DNA from: Fimbriosthenelais zetlandica
Taxonomy: Eukaryota
DNA length: 64,000 nucleotides
Assembly (NCBI GenBank): GCA_977030845.1
Contig: OZ365111.1
Location: 11,780,001 to 11,844,000, forward strand
Direction of reading: 5' to 3'
Shown: one piece after another, positions 25,551-39,039 of the stretch
Position numbering within the stretch: position 1 is the first letter of the stretch
Layout of the letters: each line of letters begins with the position of its first letter
Notes under the pieces: generated by a model
The model's input: the letters and a program-made list of their open reading frames with translations, nothing else
Database searches by the model: none
What the model was told of the DNA's origin: nothing
Translations under genes and position numbers: made by a program

Positions 25551-27099
25551 TATATAGGGCTAATCCAATCTTCACGCAGCCATAGGTTTGCGGACAATCC
25601 CTGCAATAAAAATGATATTGTTTTCCGCTGTTGGCATCTGAATGCCTGGCTCTTCCAGTAAGCCTCACTTCCGGTTCCGTCCTGGATTGGCTTTATCAAA
25701 TTCTTTAATCAAGCATGTGTAAAAGATACCAGAGCCTGAAGCGACAGGACAAATACACATCCTGCACCATCCGCCTCTATGCATTGCTGGGGGAGCATAT
25801 GAACTGATATAAGCTACTTATTACACAAACATCCCCCTGCTGTTGAAACTCTTCACTGCTTATTTTTCTCGGATCCATTCATCAGTTTCATCCTTCTGAC
25901 ATTTCCCTCATTTTCACAGGCAGCAGCATAAAGGCCTATCTATGTGTTGATTTAATCATTAATACACTATTAATGGTGATATTTCTTTCCGTCAAGTATT
26001 ACATGTACATTCTCCATATATTAATTGGAAGAATAACAAAAACTCATACTCACCAACTTTCATGCATCTCATATATACCTTGAGATTCAATGACGTGGTC
26101 ATGTTAGACCGGGCAATTTCTTAGCAGAAGCTAGGGAAACCAATTTCTTTAAAAAGATTAAAACTCACAAGTTTCTCTGTTAGCCGATCTTGCCTTAATT
26201 TGTCAACCTGTCCCCAAGTGACATTTCGATTAAATGAAGACGAAGCTCACATTTCTTAAGAAATTAGGACAGAAATAACCCGGACTTGACTTGGCTTTTC
26301 CTCCACTCTACAAACCCTGGCGAGACGTGTGATTCTGCTGCTAGCGGAGTTTATTCCTTTTGGCATGCTTGTTAACTTTACCAGAGAGCCGTGATTAATG
26401 AGTGGAAAGACAAGCTTGTATTGCGGCCCGTCACGGATTCTAACCCAAGCCTGTATCTTGAGAGTGACTGATGATTCAAACTGCAATTCCTGTTCTGCAG
26501 AGCCGAAATGGGATATGCCTCTGAGGAACGCTTTTGCCACACCTGTACTTTCATGGAAACTATAGTGAACTTGCAGAAAGATATTTTGTTCATACACGCT
26601 TTTGCCTTTCAACAATGTGCCTTTCGACATTGGTTAAAATTCACAAACCACTGACAAGGCTGAAGAAAATCAAGTGATGTGCACAAAGTTTCTAGAACCA
26701 TTTTTGGGGAATAATAACCAAGCGTAACCTGAATATGTATAGATGATTTAATTATACAGGAAGTCAACTTTTTTGACAGGCAGTGGCCATGCGTCAAATA
26801 TATATATTCATCCTTTGTCAAATCTAAGTAGGGTACATTACGTTCTCGAGCAAATGTATCCATGTTTTGAAGCCTCTATGGATGCCAATTGAAGAAATAA
26901 TATAGACAGGCTGTTGTATATGGTTTGACAAAGGCAGGTCTGCATTCCATTCACCAAGGTGATCCTAAACCAAGAATGAAGGCTTTGTCCATACAATAAA
27001 TGCTTCAGCGCTCAACTGTAGTGTGTCGAGGATCAACTAGATCCGGGATATAGACCCTCCAGGGTATGGCTCTGGCGGAACTCAGAGGATGGTCAACTG

Positions 27100-27300
27100 C
27101 TCAGAGGAGCTCAATGGCGGGCCTGGAAAGTATTCTAGTCACGTCAGTGAACGATAAGCAGGCGAGCATCAGCTCAGAGCAGTTGGCAGAGAGGGGTGAT
27201 AGAAGAATCGGCCACCCGACCAGTCTCAAGAGAAAATGGCTTCTCTGATACTCAGGCTGGCTTCCTGTCGCTGAAGCCACCCAGGCTGAGCCCAAAGATG
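27100..27300 (-). mobile_element. Possible CR1-type thumb fragment
   Basis: FLLRLVGWPIL resembles ml..L.W..L. Single motif only. Confidence 0.25.
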
Positions 27301-28799
27301 GCCGAGCCCAAATGGTGTGTATTCATGTAGACCACTAAATAAAAGGGTGCTTGGACAAGTTTGAAGGGCATCTTTCACTTGGTGTTGTTTGGGTCTTTCA
27401 CCTTAAAGTAGTAAAAAAAACTGCAAGAACCCCGTGTGGGTTGTGGCTTTGAGGTGGCTTCAGTAGCTCTGGACGTGGGTTAATTTATTAAGGGTTTCCC
27501 TTTAGTGTACTATTCTATCATTATCACCCTGTTCATAGGTAATTCATGAGTCTTAGAATGGGGTGCTATATATCTGAGTCCCTAGTCGTCAGTATAGAAT
27601 GTGTGGGCGGCAAGATGAGAGATTTATTCCTCACATAGTGCTGATTGTTTACTGTTTAACTCCAGTAAACGGGTTGCATTTCATCCTGCACCCTAATCCG
27701 GAGGTAAAACAAGATAAGACCTCGGATCAGCCGATACTCTTGTGGCCTGAAATCAATCTCCTTATACAGGACAAAAATAAATTGGCAGCCATCTTATCAC
27801 AAACCCATAATTTTTTATGTCCCTGGCCCCTACCCGGAGCAGGCGGTCTTAAAAAGAAGATGGAGGCAGTTAATTCTGTTTGCACGGATGAATCTGGAAG
27901 GTTGCTTCGCTGATACCATTCCTGCAAAGCACCGGCGGGGGTAATTTTTATAGACAGGCCCTGATAACAACAATGAAGGAAGGAGAGGGAAAAAAGAAGA
28001 TTGCCATCACTGTCTTGGACATCCGGTAAAGTTGGAAGTAAAAATTGAAAAAGATAAAACACGTCAATGATCCCTTTTGAAGGGGACCTGATTAAGGTAG
28101 GTCCGGCGGATGCTGCAATGATGAATGTTCACTGGTCTGATGTTAATAAACAAATCAAGTCTTTGTCATTAACCCACTCTTCTCAATTGCTATTGTCGTT
28201 TTATTCTCCTTCTCTTCTCCTAGTTCACATCTCTCGCCTCCACCCTATAAGCCTATCTCCACTCTCTTCCTTTTCACTCTTCCATTCCTTTATCATTACC
28301 TTCTTATCATCTTGGTTTACTTCTTGAATATACTTCCCTATAGCTGCTCCCAGCACTTCTATAGCTCCGCTTTCTTCTCCCATCCCCTTCCCCATACTGT
28401 CTCATCTAAACATTATTCTATACTTTTCCCATTATTGTATTATCCGCCTTTTCTTATAGAGAAAGATGCGTCTTATCAGCTATCAATATTGCTCGTGTTC
28501 TGGTGTTGCCCCTCCGGCTGCGAAAGGCAATGTGCTTTCTCCGAGCTTCTGTTCCCCAAGCACATGGAAATGAATTATTTTTGGCCTAGTATTTCAGAGT
28601 ATATATATATGGGTCCACGTGGGAAACAGCAGGAATGAGATGCACCTATATATCATTCATCAGTAGAAACCAGGAGAATATATCACATTAATGAATTGCT
28701 ACAGCCTTCTGCCTTCACTGATTGCTGTTGGAGCCAGGGCTGTATATATATGGGGGTGGCCCAACATGACAGTATGTGTACAGGCTTCCATCAAATTAA

Positions 28800-29960
28800 T
28801 TTGCGCCGAGATAAACACTACCGTTTTAGAGCTGGGATTGGACTGCACGGGTGGGCACATGTCAGTGTGAGTGGATGCCATGTTTCCTAATTGCATTAGG
28901 CCCGGACGAGATGTAAACACTCGTAGAAACGCTTCATTTGCTTTCAACTCAACGTCTACCTGGGAATTCATAGCAATGTTGTCCCAGTGGAGCCCATATA
29001 CAGAGGCGAGCACTTCATAATGCAGCGGAAATTCTATTAGGCCTGTCCGTATGATAAGAGTGCCATAAAACTTAATGTTCTTCTCCATTCCCATGGCTCG
29101 CATTCATTAAAAGATAAACAGATTAATAAAAAGACTTTTTCATTTCATTTATATGGATTTGCATTGCATGTTGCAGGCTTGTTGGTGAACAGCATGTATG
29201 AATGAATCCACCCTTTGTTATACGTACAGAATTGTTGCTAAAAAGACAGGCCAATGAGAAAGTGAACACTGAAGAAAAAGCCTTTCCTTGCGTCAGCCTT
29301 AATATTATGTATACAAAGGCTGAAATGGAAGCAATACATAATGAATTTGGTCATTACACCAAGGCTTGTATAAACACAATTAACGGCTCGGGAATCGTGC
29401 CAAGCTAACACGTTGTACCCGATATTTGGGGAAATGTCATATATCCCTCACGTTTGTGACTGCTTTCCCTCTTCTGCCACTTTGAACCCTGCTATGCGAG
29501 GAAAGAGGAACCAGCCCAGCAGATGCATGGATCACGGATCGCGGAATAATACATGTAATATAGTACCGACGACGTATTGGGCAAAGTAATGACGTGCACC
29601 TCCGCCTGGCCAAATTACCGCCCGCTGATATTTGTACGATATGTCTGCCAAGACGATATTGTTTGCTCTCCACCGATTGGGGGCGCCAATTTCACGCCGG
29701 AAGAGGATGAGCGCATGTGCGCTATCATCCAATTTCTGCCACCAGAGGGCCTGATTAGACGAGTCACGTGTCAGCAAGTCGGCGTGAGGAGAGCCCGGTC
29801 TGACACCAATGGTCACAGCGTCCTTCTGGTTAGGCAACCAATTAAGTTGGGAATAATTCATTTTTCCACCCTTTACTTGACCGTCTGTTGGGACCCCGAC
29901 AAGTGGTTTCCCTCCTTAAAAGAAGCTTTGAATGGCTTTATGCTAACTTGGCGAAAAGTA
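28800..29960 (-). mobile_element. Decayed Gypsy/Ty3 pol (RNase H end and integrase)
   Basis: S*HKAI (TDHKAL); LNW...TIGVRPGSPHADLLTR (RW...I.YRPG..N..ADaLSR); WQKLDD; IRRRYY; HFPKY; VHQQ (yHPQ); GMEKN; HWDNI, all in order. Confidence 0.65.
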
Positions 29961-30129
29961 TTTGATTCATTTCGTTGATATTTATAACAGATTTGTAATC
30001 ATTTGAATATATTCTATTCAAATTTCTCATTAAAGGGGGGGGGGGACACACCAGCACCGTGCTGGGTTTTATAAACCAAAAAATATAATCCACTGTATTG
30101 CCGCCAATAGAGAGGATCAGGCCTATATT

Positions 30130-30450
30130 TATTAGAGGGCGCCAGTGTCAGTGAGAGTGACGTCATATGGCTCTAGATCTACAGGTGTTTTTTTTAATAA
30201 CCTTTAATTTTGGCACCACACTTATCAGAATACCAAATTCAATTTTTGCTGCTTTAAGCTTATTTCATCAGATGTATTGTTCATATATTTGGAGTGAAAA
30301 ATTCACCATCGGAGAAAGATTTCATTCTATGTTGGTACCTTGTACGTGCGTAGGTCCCTTGACAGTCACATCATTGAGTATTCATGATGTAATTCATTTA
30401 ATTCACTCCCTCTTTTGTCTTCAAAAATCCAATGCATACTGATCGCAGGC
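30130..30450 (-). mobile_element. Decayed L1/Tx1-type RT N-terminal fragment
   Basis: MKSFSDGEF (Mk..KsPG.DG..EF), then VVPK and EPYDVTLTD (RPISLLNtD-like). Confidence 0.35.
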
Positions 30451-32349
30451 AATAGTGATGTGATTTTTTTGGACTCGTCTAATACATAGGATGATACACT
30501 TCTCTAAAGCAACTGACTGACACAACTGCATGCCCAGTTTCCTATTGGAATATCCGTTACCTCGTAAGATACATGCCCCCGTCATCACTGCTATGCCTAA
30601 ACATAGAACCCAAGTGCAGTTAATCTCAGCAGAATAAATTAACCCTATTAATTCCTGTTAGCTCTCGCTAGCTGTAATGGACAGATTTAGGTTATTCGCC
30701 ATGTTTCAGCCCCACATTTTAAAGCCTTAAAACGAAAGTGCATCTCAGGCAATGCTACGCCGAGAGGAACGGATCTTCTGTACTTTCTTTTTTAGTTATC
30801 ACCACACGATTCCTTCCAATGTGGGAGCTGATATTTTGTCTTCTTCTGCAGCCTCTTTGTCTACTAAAGCAAACAGAAGTTGGTCTTGCTGTCATAATGC
30901 AATATTATCTTTCTTTTGCTATATAGGGCCTGTGATTCTTTGCTGACAAGAACTATGATTTATGTGCTGTATAGAAAGTGTTGGCACATCGATGTAGAAA
31001 TTCAGCCCCGCGAGTCCTCCACTCCACACAACCTGTCATCTTTCTTCAGGCTTGCAGAAAGCCTGCTCCTTTTGGTCGGTCTTTACAATTGGCAGACACT
31101 TTTCTCTGATGAATTGAAAATGCGTTTTATATGGCCAAAATGTTGTCTGTGAGGAGACAGACCCTATAGATATTGTTACATTCAGGGTTTTTTTTCAACC
31201 AGCCTCACTATGATAAATCCAATACCCCCAGGCAGACATCTTTGACTACCTTCTATTGCTTCCATATCTTTGTCTCTTTTCCACTGGATCTTAAAAGGCT
31301 AGCGGGAGATCGTTTCCATGGAAACCAACCAAACCCCTTGGGCATTGATTTAGGGCATAGTCCTATTCAAATACACGGCAAGATAATATCGCTGTAACAT
31401 GTCCAATGCATTAAAATTCAAAGCGATACCATTTAGTAGATTAATGGAATTGCCTTGGAACCCAGATTTATGGCTGAGATTGTTTTTGATAGAATAGTAT
31501 CTCACTTTGGAAGCGAGGCAAAAAAAGAAAATATCGTGAGAAATTCAATTTTGCCCGAGCTATAAAAGTGTAATAATCATCATGCTATCCATGATTTATT
31601 TCATTGATTAAGAGACTAGACCTGAAATAAGCTATCCACATAAATATTATCAGCCGTGAGTTGTGCACCATTTGATGGGGCCTGAAGGTTGGCAAGAGAG
31701 ATTCACGCTGGGAAATAGTGTCAAGCATGTAGCCATCTTGGTACAGGTTTTATATGCCTCCCTCTCTCTTATCACTGGAACTTCGCCCAGTTTCAATCCA
31801 TGCTACTGATAAAAAGGACTTGCATCCCTTTCGACAAATATCACCGTGTCTCCTCCCATCTCTCTGAAGAATAGTTTATTTCTGTCAGTTTGCCCCGAGA
31901 AAAATGACTATTATCTAGAATCAAACTTATCCAAAAAAATACTCAAAAGTTACTTCTGAGAAGATTTATAAGAGATTTTTCCCACGAGGGGATGGTAAAC
32001 CACAATTCAATGGAAATTATATCAATTTTAATGGAAACTCTATGAGGTTTGAGATTAATTTTCCTCAAACGGAAGGACAGAAAGTGTCTAGTTTGAAAAC
32101 AACTACTATAAAAGCCTCACACAGTTTCTATAATATGAAAGTCAGTTTAATTGAGGAATACTATATACGGACATACATTGGTCTCTCGCGGCTGCCTGTT
32201 CTTCCCTTAGAGCAGTACACGTCTTTAATTTTGTAGTGTGACAATATAGATGTGCAGCTTGCGGGCTACTACCCGTCACTCCCATTATAAGAGTAGGAAG
32301 AGGTCCTAGCTGTTGATTAAATGTGAAATTTAATCAACAACTCACGGAA

Positions 32350-32650
32350 AAGGGCCCTGGGGCTGGGAGAAAAATGGGTTACATACCACCCTGCTGTTGG
32401 TGAAGATGCTGGTCACGAAGGCAACTGCAGACGTTGGAAGTTGCCGTAATGGAATTCGGGTTTTACTATGATGTTGGAACAGATGGTAAGAGCAGGATGT
32501 CAGAGGCAGGAGAAGGCAAGCAATGGTGTTGGACAGGTGATATGCATGGATACTTGAGCGTGTTTGTTTAGCGAGTTCTTATCGACCAAGTTCCTCCTCA
32601 CGTTACTGTTGCATTGCATGTTTTCCGTATAAAAAGCACACCCTTCATTA
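32350..32650 (-). mobile_element. Possible LINE endonuclease fragment
   Basis: GVLFIRK (GGV..yi) followed by ggcaacttccaac (GDFN-like with 1 extra base). Confidence 0.3.
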
Positions 32651-35600
32651 TGGGCATGGCTCCACAGATAAATCAATGCATTCCATTAATAGCAGCTATA
32701 GATGATCAATTCAAATTCCAGCCCACCCGTCATTATCCATCATTTGGCTCAGTCATGTTTTATGTATAGGGCCAAATGTGAAAATCTAAATTAGCAAATT
32801 GAGTCATGATGATGATGGCCTTTGGTCGGCAAAAAACATACTTTAGATTTTAACAAACAAATGTCGTGATGCATCTATGGTCGTTACTTGAATTACCTTG
32901 CATCACTTTGGATTTGTAGCCATTCTGTCGCCGTTTGTGTATGCATACACTGCAACAAACACCATTTGTTCATGGCATCGCATGGCCAGAAACACTCAGA
33001 CGCAGGCAACTTTGACTCACCGTTCGCCTCAATGTCTTGGCTTGTTTCAATGATATTTATAAACAGACACTAGTCAGAGATCTCGTGTTTTTACCTACTG
33101 TATATGACCCTCCTCCTCCCCATCCTATATAGCCTGCTTCAATAAAATGATAGTCCCTCTATATGATATGGATACACACCTTAAAGTGGATTACACTTTT
33201 CACTTTTACTCCATGAGCTTCTTCACTTCCCTCAGAAAAGTTGATGGCAATAATCTTAGTGGAGAAAATTAATCGGAAAATACAGGACGCTACTGTAAGA
33301 AGACACAGTTGAGAAGGTGTTTTGCTTTGCTTTAAGTTTTCTCCTAGCGTTTTTGTCTTCAAATTCAGAGCATGAGTAACCTTTTGGTGCCCACCATCCA
33401 TCATGAGGGTTGGTGGATGATTCGTGCAGCCACTGAAAGTAAAATGACATTGATTTTAACACATGGTTTCAGAATTGGTCGCCTGACCTCCCTCCAATTG
33501 GTCCCTTCGTTTCAATATCCAATCCATTTCTCTCTCCTTGTATTTTTTTACTCCCAGGCAAGCTTAGCTCCAGTACATATTAAATGTAGGCTACATCATG
33601 ATATTGAGTGGAACAAATATTCTAAGGCATATGAAGGTAATCGTATCCCCAGGCTATACCTTCATGTATGTATACCTTCAATTTACTTTCATTCTTTAAT
33701 ATTATTTATTAATAATCCCGCACAACATCACTTTTATATTCTGATATGAAGACAATATTGCAATAATCAGGTTGTGTTCATCATACTTCAACATTGTGCT
33801 GATTTTCATGCATTTTTATATTCAAAAAGCAAGTGAATATTGGTTTACCATTTGTCAGGTGAGGGGGCAGCTTCAAATTTCACAATATGTGTCAGTTTGT
33901 TTAGTCTGTACATACATATAGCAATTGTCAGCTAAAGAATGACCAAGATAAACATCAGTCTGCGTACAATATACATCATTCCATGCTATATATATATGTG
34001 ATCATGGATATAATATTCAATCAGCTAATTTTCAATTTTCAAAAATGATTTAATATCCATAATCGAGTCCATAATCGAATCCTCACCTGTCAACGATACT
34101 ATAAGTCGGATGACATAAGATACAGGTCTTTGTCTCAGATGACATTGTGTAATCTAATCGCAAGTTCAAATATGGTTTTCTTCAGTTGATAATTCCTCGT
34201 GAGTGAAAATGCTTAAAACTGGATCGATATCCATTGACTAATATATTTATTGCAATTTGTATCGACTTATTATTCCTGTATAAGAGTTTGTCGCGATACA
34301 TTATACATAACGATGCTATTTACATTCTGGGAATGTCTGGCTTTCGGAAGAAAATCTGAAATTCCATGTGACTGTCCAAAAGAGCGTAAGGAAGCAATCG
34401 ATCATTATGGAAAGTCTTTCCTCGCATGTAAAACAGTTTTAATTGAGAATTACCTCCGTCAATTAGAGGTCTGGCTCTCGCCTCTCTGACCCCTGGGGTT
34501 GAGGTAGGAGCATATCTCAGTCTTTTGAGTGTACATCCACTTGTAGGAGCTTGCCTGGCTCTGGGCCTTGCCTGTATAAATGACTAATGAGACCAGACAT
34601 AATCATCCAAGACACTAATTATCTCTATCAGGACAGCCAGGGGCCTAAAGTGGCTTCCCAGTCATCCAGACCGCAGAAGTATTCTTTCATTGCCATTTCC
34701 AAAAACGCAATCAATTGCCAAGAGCCCCGGGCAGATAGCTGTCCTTTGGATATGGCTTTAGTCCAAGCACCATATCATTTATAGCAGCATTCTTCTGCCT
34801 CATTGTTTTAACCTTCGTTTTGCTTGCCCCTTTCCCTCTGAATCTTCTTCTTATACAGGCAGGGTTTCTTAAATTCACAAGAGACGCAGTGACTCTGATG
34901 CTTATAACAATCCTGTAAAAAAAAGGAGTAAAATATAATGTTGAGTAATTTTGATATAGAGATAAAGCATAATGCTATTGTGAGTGAAAATAACATTGCG
35001 AGGGATAAAAATAGTTTTTGCTCAATAAATATGTCAGGTTAGTGAACCCATGTCCGCCCGCAAAACAAAATATGACACCCATTCCTGTTGTTTCCAAGGG
35101 CAGCTCAGCTCAGAGAGGCAGCAGTGAACAACATCTATTGGTATACATTTCGGAAAAAGCAAGGCCCTAGCCTTTAGCCTGTCAGTTGTAACAGATACTG
35201 AGGAGGACATGTCATGCCCTGGGCCAGCTTGGTTTGTTGGTGTTGGCGTGCCTCGTTCAATATGCTATGTTTATTGAGGATGGTTAGGACGGAAGCAGGG
35301 CCAACACTCGATCCTTGTAGCCTACCATCCTAGAAACTCTACACCAACACGGCTGAGGCATGAGCAAAGAAGTAAAGGAAGAAGTAGAAGGAGCGAGAAG
35401 AACAGGAAAGACGGGCTGAAAAATATGACTCAGGAGTGGCATGAGACTAGCGAGGGACAACACCTCGAAGGAACAGATTTGTTTTGTAGAGAGAGCGGAC
35501 AGGAATGGGACGAAAAAAATGTATGACCCGGAAGCACTTTATTCGTTTCAGGATTTCTGCGTCGACATTCGACCTTCGATTGTACTGCATCATGGAATGC

Positions 35601-36259
35601 AGATTGATTTTCTTGTACTTTATGGGCACTGTTAATCTATTACTAACTATAGCTCAGAAAGTTGGCAAAGATGCCAGTGATTTGGCTTCGTGAGTGGTGC
35701 CATGTAGGTGTTGGTGTGTTGGGCCATTGTAGCATTCCTAGGGAAACAAACAGAGAAAATGATACCAGAAAACAAGTTAGGAACATGAGTAGGTATCCCC
35801 TGGTGGTCACCTTGGAGAAATATGTATAAAGAAAGGGCGTCAACGAGTGTCAGTGTTCTCAATGTCAATGTCTTCTCATTGGTGTTTCTTCTTTAATATT
35901 TGGCTGATGAGTGGTATAAACACGTTAATGTTCTGCTTGTTTTCCACACCTGTACAATCTGTATCGTAGTGTTTTTGCAGTTGATGAAGATAATTTAAAA
36001 TCATACAATCGAGTCATACTTCCATTGAAGTTTAACTTAGTGCTAAAGTCAGTATGTTGAAAATGCATAATTTACCTATGATTTATAAGATATTATATAC
36101 CGTATTTATTATTGGAATTTATTCCAGATAAGTTATACTCCTGTTAGGTGATTTTGTCTTTGGCGCTGAAGTCAATAAATAGGAAGAAGGTGCATAATTT
36201 TGCTACACATATCAGAAATATATTGGAATTTATCCCGGAAAATCCAGGTAGACGACTTT

Positions 36260-36420
36260 CACCGGCGAGAGTCACCGGTGGGATGAATTAGAAAATAATC
36301 ATCGTGAAGAAGCGATTCATTACTCTCTGGAAGGGCCCCTATACGGCAAAGGTCACGAACACGGAAGAAATAATGAGTGAGTCAGTCCTGCTCAGAGGAT
36401 GAGTGACACAAGGTCACGAC
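36260..36420 (+). mobile_element. Gypsy/retroviral integrase C-terminal GPY fragment
   Basis: LWKGPYTAKVT preceded by a VGD-like stretch. Confidence 0.35.
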
Positions 36421-37049
36421 AATAGCAAGCACTGGCGAGCTTTGTGAAGAACTGCTAGCATTGTCTGGATCCTCTCCATAATTGGGGAGAGACAGACGGT
36501 CGGAGTGGCAGTAATTCGGATGTGTGTGCATGTCTGGCAAAAAAGAACATACTTTCAAGCCACGTTTCCCATTGCAGGATTCACCACAGGTCCCTGAGCC
36601 CTCCTCCTCCTACATGTCCCCAACTCGTGGCGTCTGAAACTTTTTTACAAATGTTTTGTGTTGCTTTCATTTCTGAGAAAACATTGTCTGAATGATGACA
36701 AAGAGATAACAGCAAATAGTTGTTTATCTACTCGTGGGATGCGAAATGGCCCGGGATTCTTTCATCAGACAGGATCTCAAGACAAAGCTTTTTGTTACTA
36801 ATTGCCAGTTTTGTAAAACTTTTCAACATCTGAGTAGTAGTATTATTTCATCGGAATGGAAATAAGATTAGCAGAGAAATATACAGTTGAAATATACTTT
36901 TATGTGGATTTATTTTGTTATAGGCTGCTCCACACGGGCCCTTGATCCATGGGGTTTGTATGTATTATATTATTGCTGTACGTCGTGTGTGTTCTAGGTC
37001 TGTTTGTGTGTCATGGTACCAATAGACGCTCTGCCTCTATGACAAACTG

Positions 37050-37300
37050 TCGTACCAACTTCGATCAGCCTCCAACATCATCTTCCTGCCTCCACACCAC
37101 CACTGTGTACTCACGATCCTATTGGGAATCTCTAAGAGATGTTATCGAAGCTGCTTACCATCGCCTTGTGCTCGACAAACTACTGAATAAGAGAAAGGAA
37201 AAAAAATGGCTGAGGAAGATATGGGCATAAAAATCACAAGTGCAAGGAGGTGCCTGACGGCCGGAAAACAGGCCTTTTATTTGGTTTGGTGGTTATGCGG
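37050..37300 (+). mobile_element. Possible LINE EN-RT linker fragment
   Basis: YWESLRDVIEAAYHRLV...KKW resembles W..fkd.i..a....ip.k...k.pW. Confidence 0.3.
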
Positions 37301-39039
37301 TTTACAGTGATAACATTCTTACGGCGGTTCATCACGGTCACAGCACGTGCAGGAGCACCTCAGCACGGTTTGACTGGGTGGGAATTGAAATGCTGTTTTT
37401 TCTAAGGCTTGGAAGAGGCATCGAGGTTAGCGAGCGAGGAGAGAGAGAGAAAGAGAGTGAATAGAAACCAGGCACATTGCCACTTCATATGATGAGAGCC
37501 CGTTGTCCAATCCAGTCATTGCGCAGTAATCTAATCTTTGACGCCTCCATAATTGAAAAGTTGAGGTCATATCACTTGATATTTGGGTTTTAATTGGAAT
37601 GTCAGAAATATGAGAAGACAATTTTGAATAACTTATTTCTGCCGTCATCTAATATTCTCACTAGGAGCATTACATTTAATTATTTAGAGATGTACCCATT
37701 AACGTATGTATAGACGAGTTTTCATACAATATAAGCTCCTCTGGAATATGTTGTAATCGAAACGGCGCATGATGCTGTGAGTTTTTGTTACTTCCAAATG
37801 TATCGGAAGAACTAATAATATTTATAGGTCAAAGTCTATCGGGTCTTCAAGCAAGTAACATTCATGGCACCTCCCCCTATAAAAGTAGGTCTGACATCAA
37901 ATGTTGACCCGTGCATTTTCTAGCCATGGGATGTTATGGACCCTTGATGTTCGCCTTAGCGTTATTTATGAGTTGCAGATAACTGATGTGCCTTCTCCAA
38001 AGCTATGCCCCAACCAGTTTATGTCCACAGGATCATGGATCGTTTGTATCGTGTCAAATGGGGACATATTCACGGCTCGCACCACGGTTTTAATGGGCAA
38101 AAAGCGCTCCAGTAAAACGCCCCAAGCGCTCCCTGTACCAATATGGATTTGCACCGCTAATGAATAAGTAGTATACGAAGAATGGGCTTCATTGCAGGCA
38201 AGTTCCCGGCTTATATATATGTGTGTGTGCCGATGCTTGTGCTTATAGAGAAGGGTTGGAAAAAGGAGTGGATCGAGGAGAGGAAGAGGAGGTGGTAGTT
38301 GTATGGGGATGCATAGTGCCTGCTGGGAGGTGTACGCAACAACCCCGTAACCCCCCAGAGTGCATTTATTTTACCCAGTTCCATTTGGTTTCATTCCTCT
38401 CCCGACGAAGAAAGAGAAATGAGGCTGGGAAGGGAAGTGTTATCAATCAACATGGTATTTTTATTCGATTTCCTTGAAAGTCCAAGTGAAATGGCGAGCA
38501 AGTTGTATCGATCTGGGGCCGTGTATTGCCGCCTCCAGTCTTCCATACTTGTAGCAGACTCGGTTTTTACGATGTAATAACCTCTCCGAAAGGGATAGAC
38601 CTTCAAATCCCTTCTATCGTAAGCAAGGCAATTCAACGATACATTAAATCACTTTTTGTCCTTGCTGCTCACAATCCACCCGATTAGCTGTCCCCTATCG
38701 AGCATTTCCTCCAAGATTACGAGATAAGATAGTCTACTATATCAGTGCCATGACACCCCGTCTACGCGACCCATACTACATGGCTACACACTACTGACAC
38801 GCTGCTAAGTGCCATGACTTTGCCGCCCAATTGACCTTCCCATACGACACCCACAGAAGAGGCTGATGACTCAGCAAGGACAATATCATGTTTGAGCTCC
38901 ATTGAGCTCCGATATTTGAGAGGACCCAAGAGCCATTTAAAAACTTTGATTATGTGATATTCAGTCAATACAGATTCACTGACAAACAAAGCTTTATCCT
39001 CGGCACTCTAATTTCTGAGCTCCGGACCGTGTAAGTCTG

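Noticed and set aside
26046-26130. Minus-strand exon with TTG|GTGAGT donor
   Set aside because: Stops in all three frames, ordinary CpG content and no other support.
28750-29020. VELKANEAFLRVF as DIRS RNase H
   Set aside because: It lies colinearly within the Gypsy integrase core (GMEKN, HWDNI), which is more parsimonious.
33430-33480. TWFQN homeodomain helix-3-like string
   Set aside because: In-frame stop just upstream, no RR/K after N, and no helix 1-2 sequence.
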